Positions 61,816-64,000 of a stretch of 64,000 nt of DNA are shown here, piece by piece. The DNA is taken from positions 633,012,827-633,076,826 of the forward strand of contig NC_057861.1 in NCBI RefSeq assembly GCF_019393635.1, read 5' to 3'. The notes beneath the pieces are model-generated. The model saw nothing but the letters and a program-made list of their open reading frames with translations, was not told the DNA's origin and made no database searches. The position numbers were made by a program, and so were the translations under genes. Origin of the DNA: Dromiciops gliroides (taxonomy: Eukaryota). Position 1 is the first letter of the stretch, and each line of letters opens with the position of its first letter.

Positions 61816-62895
61816 ATGGCATCCAGTGGCTCTGAAGGGACAGAGATGAAGGGGGATGAGGAGGGTACCTCAGCCCAGGGCGAAGGGACTGGAACAACTC
61901 CTGGAGCAGAGACTACCCTTCCCCAGACTCCAGCTGGGGCCCAGGACATCACAGAGGCCCCCCAAATGGGTTCAGATTCCACCAGACCCTCCGATAAAGG
62001 CCCAGAAGTGGGGACATCTGAACGGGCAATAAAAACTTCAGAGGCACTAGAAGGGACCCCAAACCCAGCCAAGGACACAGACTCCATACCAGACCCAGGA
62101 AGTTCACAGACAGAACAGACCCCTGCAGCAGACTCACATTCTCAGCTAACACCACAATACTACAAAGAATCTGTCCCAGCTCCAGGAGGGAGCAAAGAGT
62201 CTGCCCCAGAAGAGAGTAAAAAGCCAGCCCCAGAAGAGAGCAAAAAGCCAGCCCCAGAAGGGAGCAAAGAGCCAGCCCCAGAAGGGAGCAAAGAGCCAGC
62301 CCCAGAAGAGAGCAAAAAGCCAGCCCCAGAAGAGAGCAAAAAGCCAGCCCCAGAAGGAAGCAAAGCGCCTACCCCAGTCCTAGAAGTAAACAAAGAACCA
62401 TCTCCAACCACAGGCCCAGAGGCAGAACAGGGGACTAAGCAGGAAGCAGTGTCTGACCTCAGGCCTGTCCCCCAGCCTACATCTCCTGTCCAAAAGGCAA
62501 TGCCCATCTCCACAACCCCTGAGGACCTAACAGAGGACCTGATGGAGAAACAAGAGAATGGAGCTGTAGTGCCAATGAAGGCTGGAGAAGGGGACAAGAG
62601 CACAATCTCTCAGCCCCACTCTCCTCCTGCACCCAAGGGCCCTCCAGCCAATGGGGCACCCCCAAAGGTGCTACAGCAGTTGGTGGATGAGGAGAGAGGA
62701 ATTGGGGGGCATGGTACAAAGTCTGGCTCCCCCCGAGGCAGCCTGAGCCGCCAGCCCAGCTCCCTGCTGGGGGGGCCAGGAGGTGAGGGGGGTGAAGGGG
62801 TCCCAAAGCCACGGGACTACATCATCATCGCCATCCTTTCCTGCTTCTGCCCAATGTGGCCTGTCAACATTGTGGCTTTTGCTTATGCCATCATG
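61816..62895 (+). CDS. PRRT2: PRRT2 (proline-rich transmembrane protein 2) major coding exon ([17 protein letters not shown] ... [29 protein letters not shown])
   Basis: ORF 61639..62973; C-terminal part near-identical to the remembered human PRRT2 ([40 protein letters not shown]...[29 protein letters not shown]); donor ATG|GTGAGT. Confidence 0.9.
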
Positions 62896-63326
62896 GTGAG
62901 TTTTTGGGAATCCCTACCTTCCCTTTGCCCTAGCTCCCTTATACTACTGGTCAAGTGCTGTTCATGTGCCTGACTTGGAAACCCCAGGTATGAGGGGGAT
63001 GGGAATTGGGGAGGGGGGAGGGGGTTTGGGACACGTCCTCATGGACCCTGAGGACCACATCTCCAAAAAATCCTAGGGCTCTTCCTTTAGATTTCTGTCC
63101 ACTTATTCTCCTTTGATCTCATCTCTCCCTGGCCCTTGTATCCCAGAAACTTTCTCCAAGACCCTCTCCTTCCCAGGGAGGAGAAAAGGAAGAGTCTTTG
63201 ACCTTCTATTGACAATATGCCATCTTTTTATCCTCCTTCCCTCTCCTCTATATACATTCTGACTGAAACTCCGGCTGGATGATGATGGTCACCTGACCCA
63301 CACCCCCTTGTTGCTGACTACCCCAG

Positions 63327-63459
63327 TCTCGGAACAGTCTACAGCAGGGTGATGTGGATGGAGCTCAGCGCTTGGGACGGGTGGCCAAGCTGCTGAGTAT
63401 CGTGGCATTGGTTGGAGGGGTCCTCATCATCATTGCTTCCTGTATCATCAACTTTGGAT
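63327..63459 (+). CDS. PRRT2: PRRT2 coding exon ([44 protein letters not shown]; second TM helix)
   Basis: Acceptor ccccag|; essentially identical to the remembered human [44 protein letters not shown]; donor T|GTGAGT. Confidence 0.88.
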
Positions 63460-63713
63460 GTGAGTATGAGCATGGGTTGGTTGGGGAGTGGGGGTGGGGA
63501 TGGGGTAGGGGGTTGGGTGAATGGTGGGTGTTTATGGTAGAACCTGGAAGTTTCTAGTTAGATAACTGAATGGGTGGAGATGGGTTGTGTTTCTTTAAAG
63601 AGCTGTGGCTCTGTGGAAATAGAACTAGATTTTGAAGAAAAGTGGAACTGGTTGTTAGTGGAGGCCTAGCATCAACTAACCTCATGTACCTGCTCTCTCT
63701 GTCTGTTTCTCCC

Positions 63714-63719
<6 letters not shown>

Positions 63720-63811
<92 letters not shown>

Positions 63812-63812
63812 T
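63720..63812. repeat. (TC)n microsatellite in PRRT2's last intron, immediately 5' of the putative terminal acceptor
   Basis: ~46 TC units followed by CCCTTCCCCCCCAACCCCTTTCTCTCCTCTGAACAG. Confidence 0.95.
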
Positions 63813-63843
63813 CCCCCCCAACCCCTTTCTCTCCTCTGAACAG

Positions 63844-63854
63844 TATTTAAATGA
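63844..63854 (+). CDS. PRRT2: Putative PRRT2 terminal micro-exon (-LFK*) after a long polypyrimidine tract
   Basis: (TC)n...CCCTTTCTCTCCTCTGAACAG| acceptor; phase-1 joining gives ...INFGLFK*, versus the remembered human ...INLGVYK*. Confidence 0.4.
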
Positions 63855-64000
63855 GAGGTTCTACCCTGTGCCCCTACGACTTTTTCTTCTGAACTACCAG
63901 GGGTCCATCTCTTACCTGGGGTGAGGCCTAATGATGGCCCCTACCACCAGCCCTTGATCCTACAAAGACTAAGGGAACTGGAACAGGGCCTTGTTTACAG

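Noticed and set aside
62190-62375. Regularly spaced 24-bp direct repeats considered as a CRISPR-like array
   Set aside because: This is a eukaryotic genome. The repeats are contiguous with no spacers, in frame inside a coding exon, and encode a Pro-rich peptide repeat.
62160-62812. Minus-strand ORFs overlapping PRRT2 (147 aa and 111 aa)
   Set aside because: They are antisense to a well-supported PRRT2 exon. They are repetitive because of the 24-bp tandem repeat and have no independent support.
1-64000. Search for a novel defence or biosynthetic 'system' (operon-like clustering, toxin-antitoxin, CRISPR and similar)
   Set aside because: The window is spliced vertebrate nuclear DNA with four well-known genes. 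Such prokaryotic system concepts do not apply. Nothing in the sequence supports an undescribed system beyond the alternative exons and repeat biology listed.

Overview
This window is vertebrate (marsupial, opossum-like) nuclear DNA, not prokaryotic. The diagnostic signal is dozens of copies of a ~150-bp tRNA-derived SINE (GGGGCAGCTAGGTGGCGCAGTGGATAGAGCACCGGCCCTGGAGTCAGGAGGACCTGAGTTCAAATC...GACACTTACTAGCTGTGTGACCCTGGGCAAGTCACTTAACC, poly-A tail, frequent target-site duplications). MIR/MAR1-type SINEs, L1 fragments and microsatellites are also present. The protein-coding content is the conserved ZG16 - KIF22 - MAZ - PRRT2 block, all on the + strand with canonical GT-AG introns; this corresponds to human 16p11.2. 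ZG16 (jacalin-lectin) has 3 coding exons at 21.7-25.4 kb. KIF22 (kinesin Kid) has 14 coding exons at 32.9-52.5 kb, with a ~13-kb retroelement-filled first intron. MAZ (C2H2 zinc finger) has 5 coding exons at 54.5-57.8 kb. PRRT2 occupies 61.8-63.9 kb. Three GC-rich CpG-island promoters lie at about 32.4-33.5 kb, 52.6-54.4 kb and 59.9-60.7 kb. The first ~21 kb is repeat-rich intergenic DNA with no recognisable gene. I did not find a novel, undescribed system. The most interesting observations are two apparent alternative MAZ exons (an upstream mini-exon and a poly-Ala 3' terminal exon), a lineage-specific in-frame 24-bp tandem repeat expansion in PRRT2, extreme homopyrimidine/homopurine tracts with quadruplex potential in the MAZ promoter, and multiple SINE insertions with intact target-site duplications, including nested ones.
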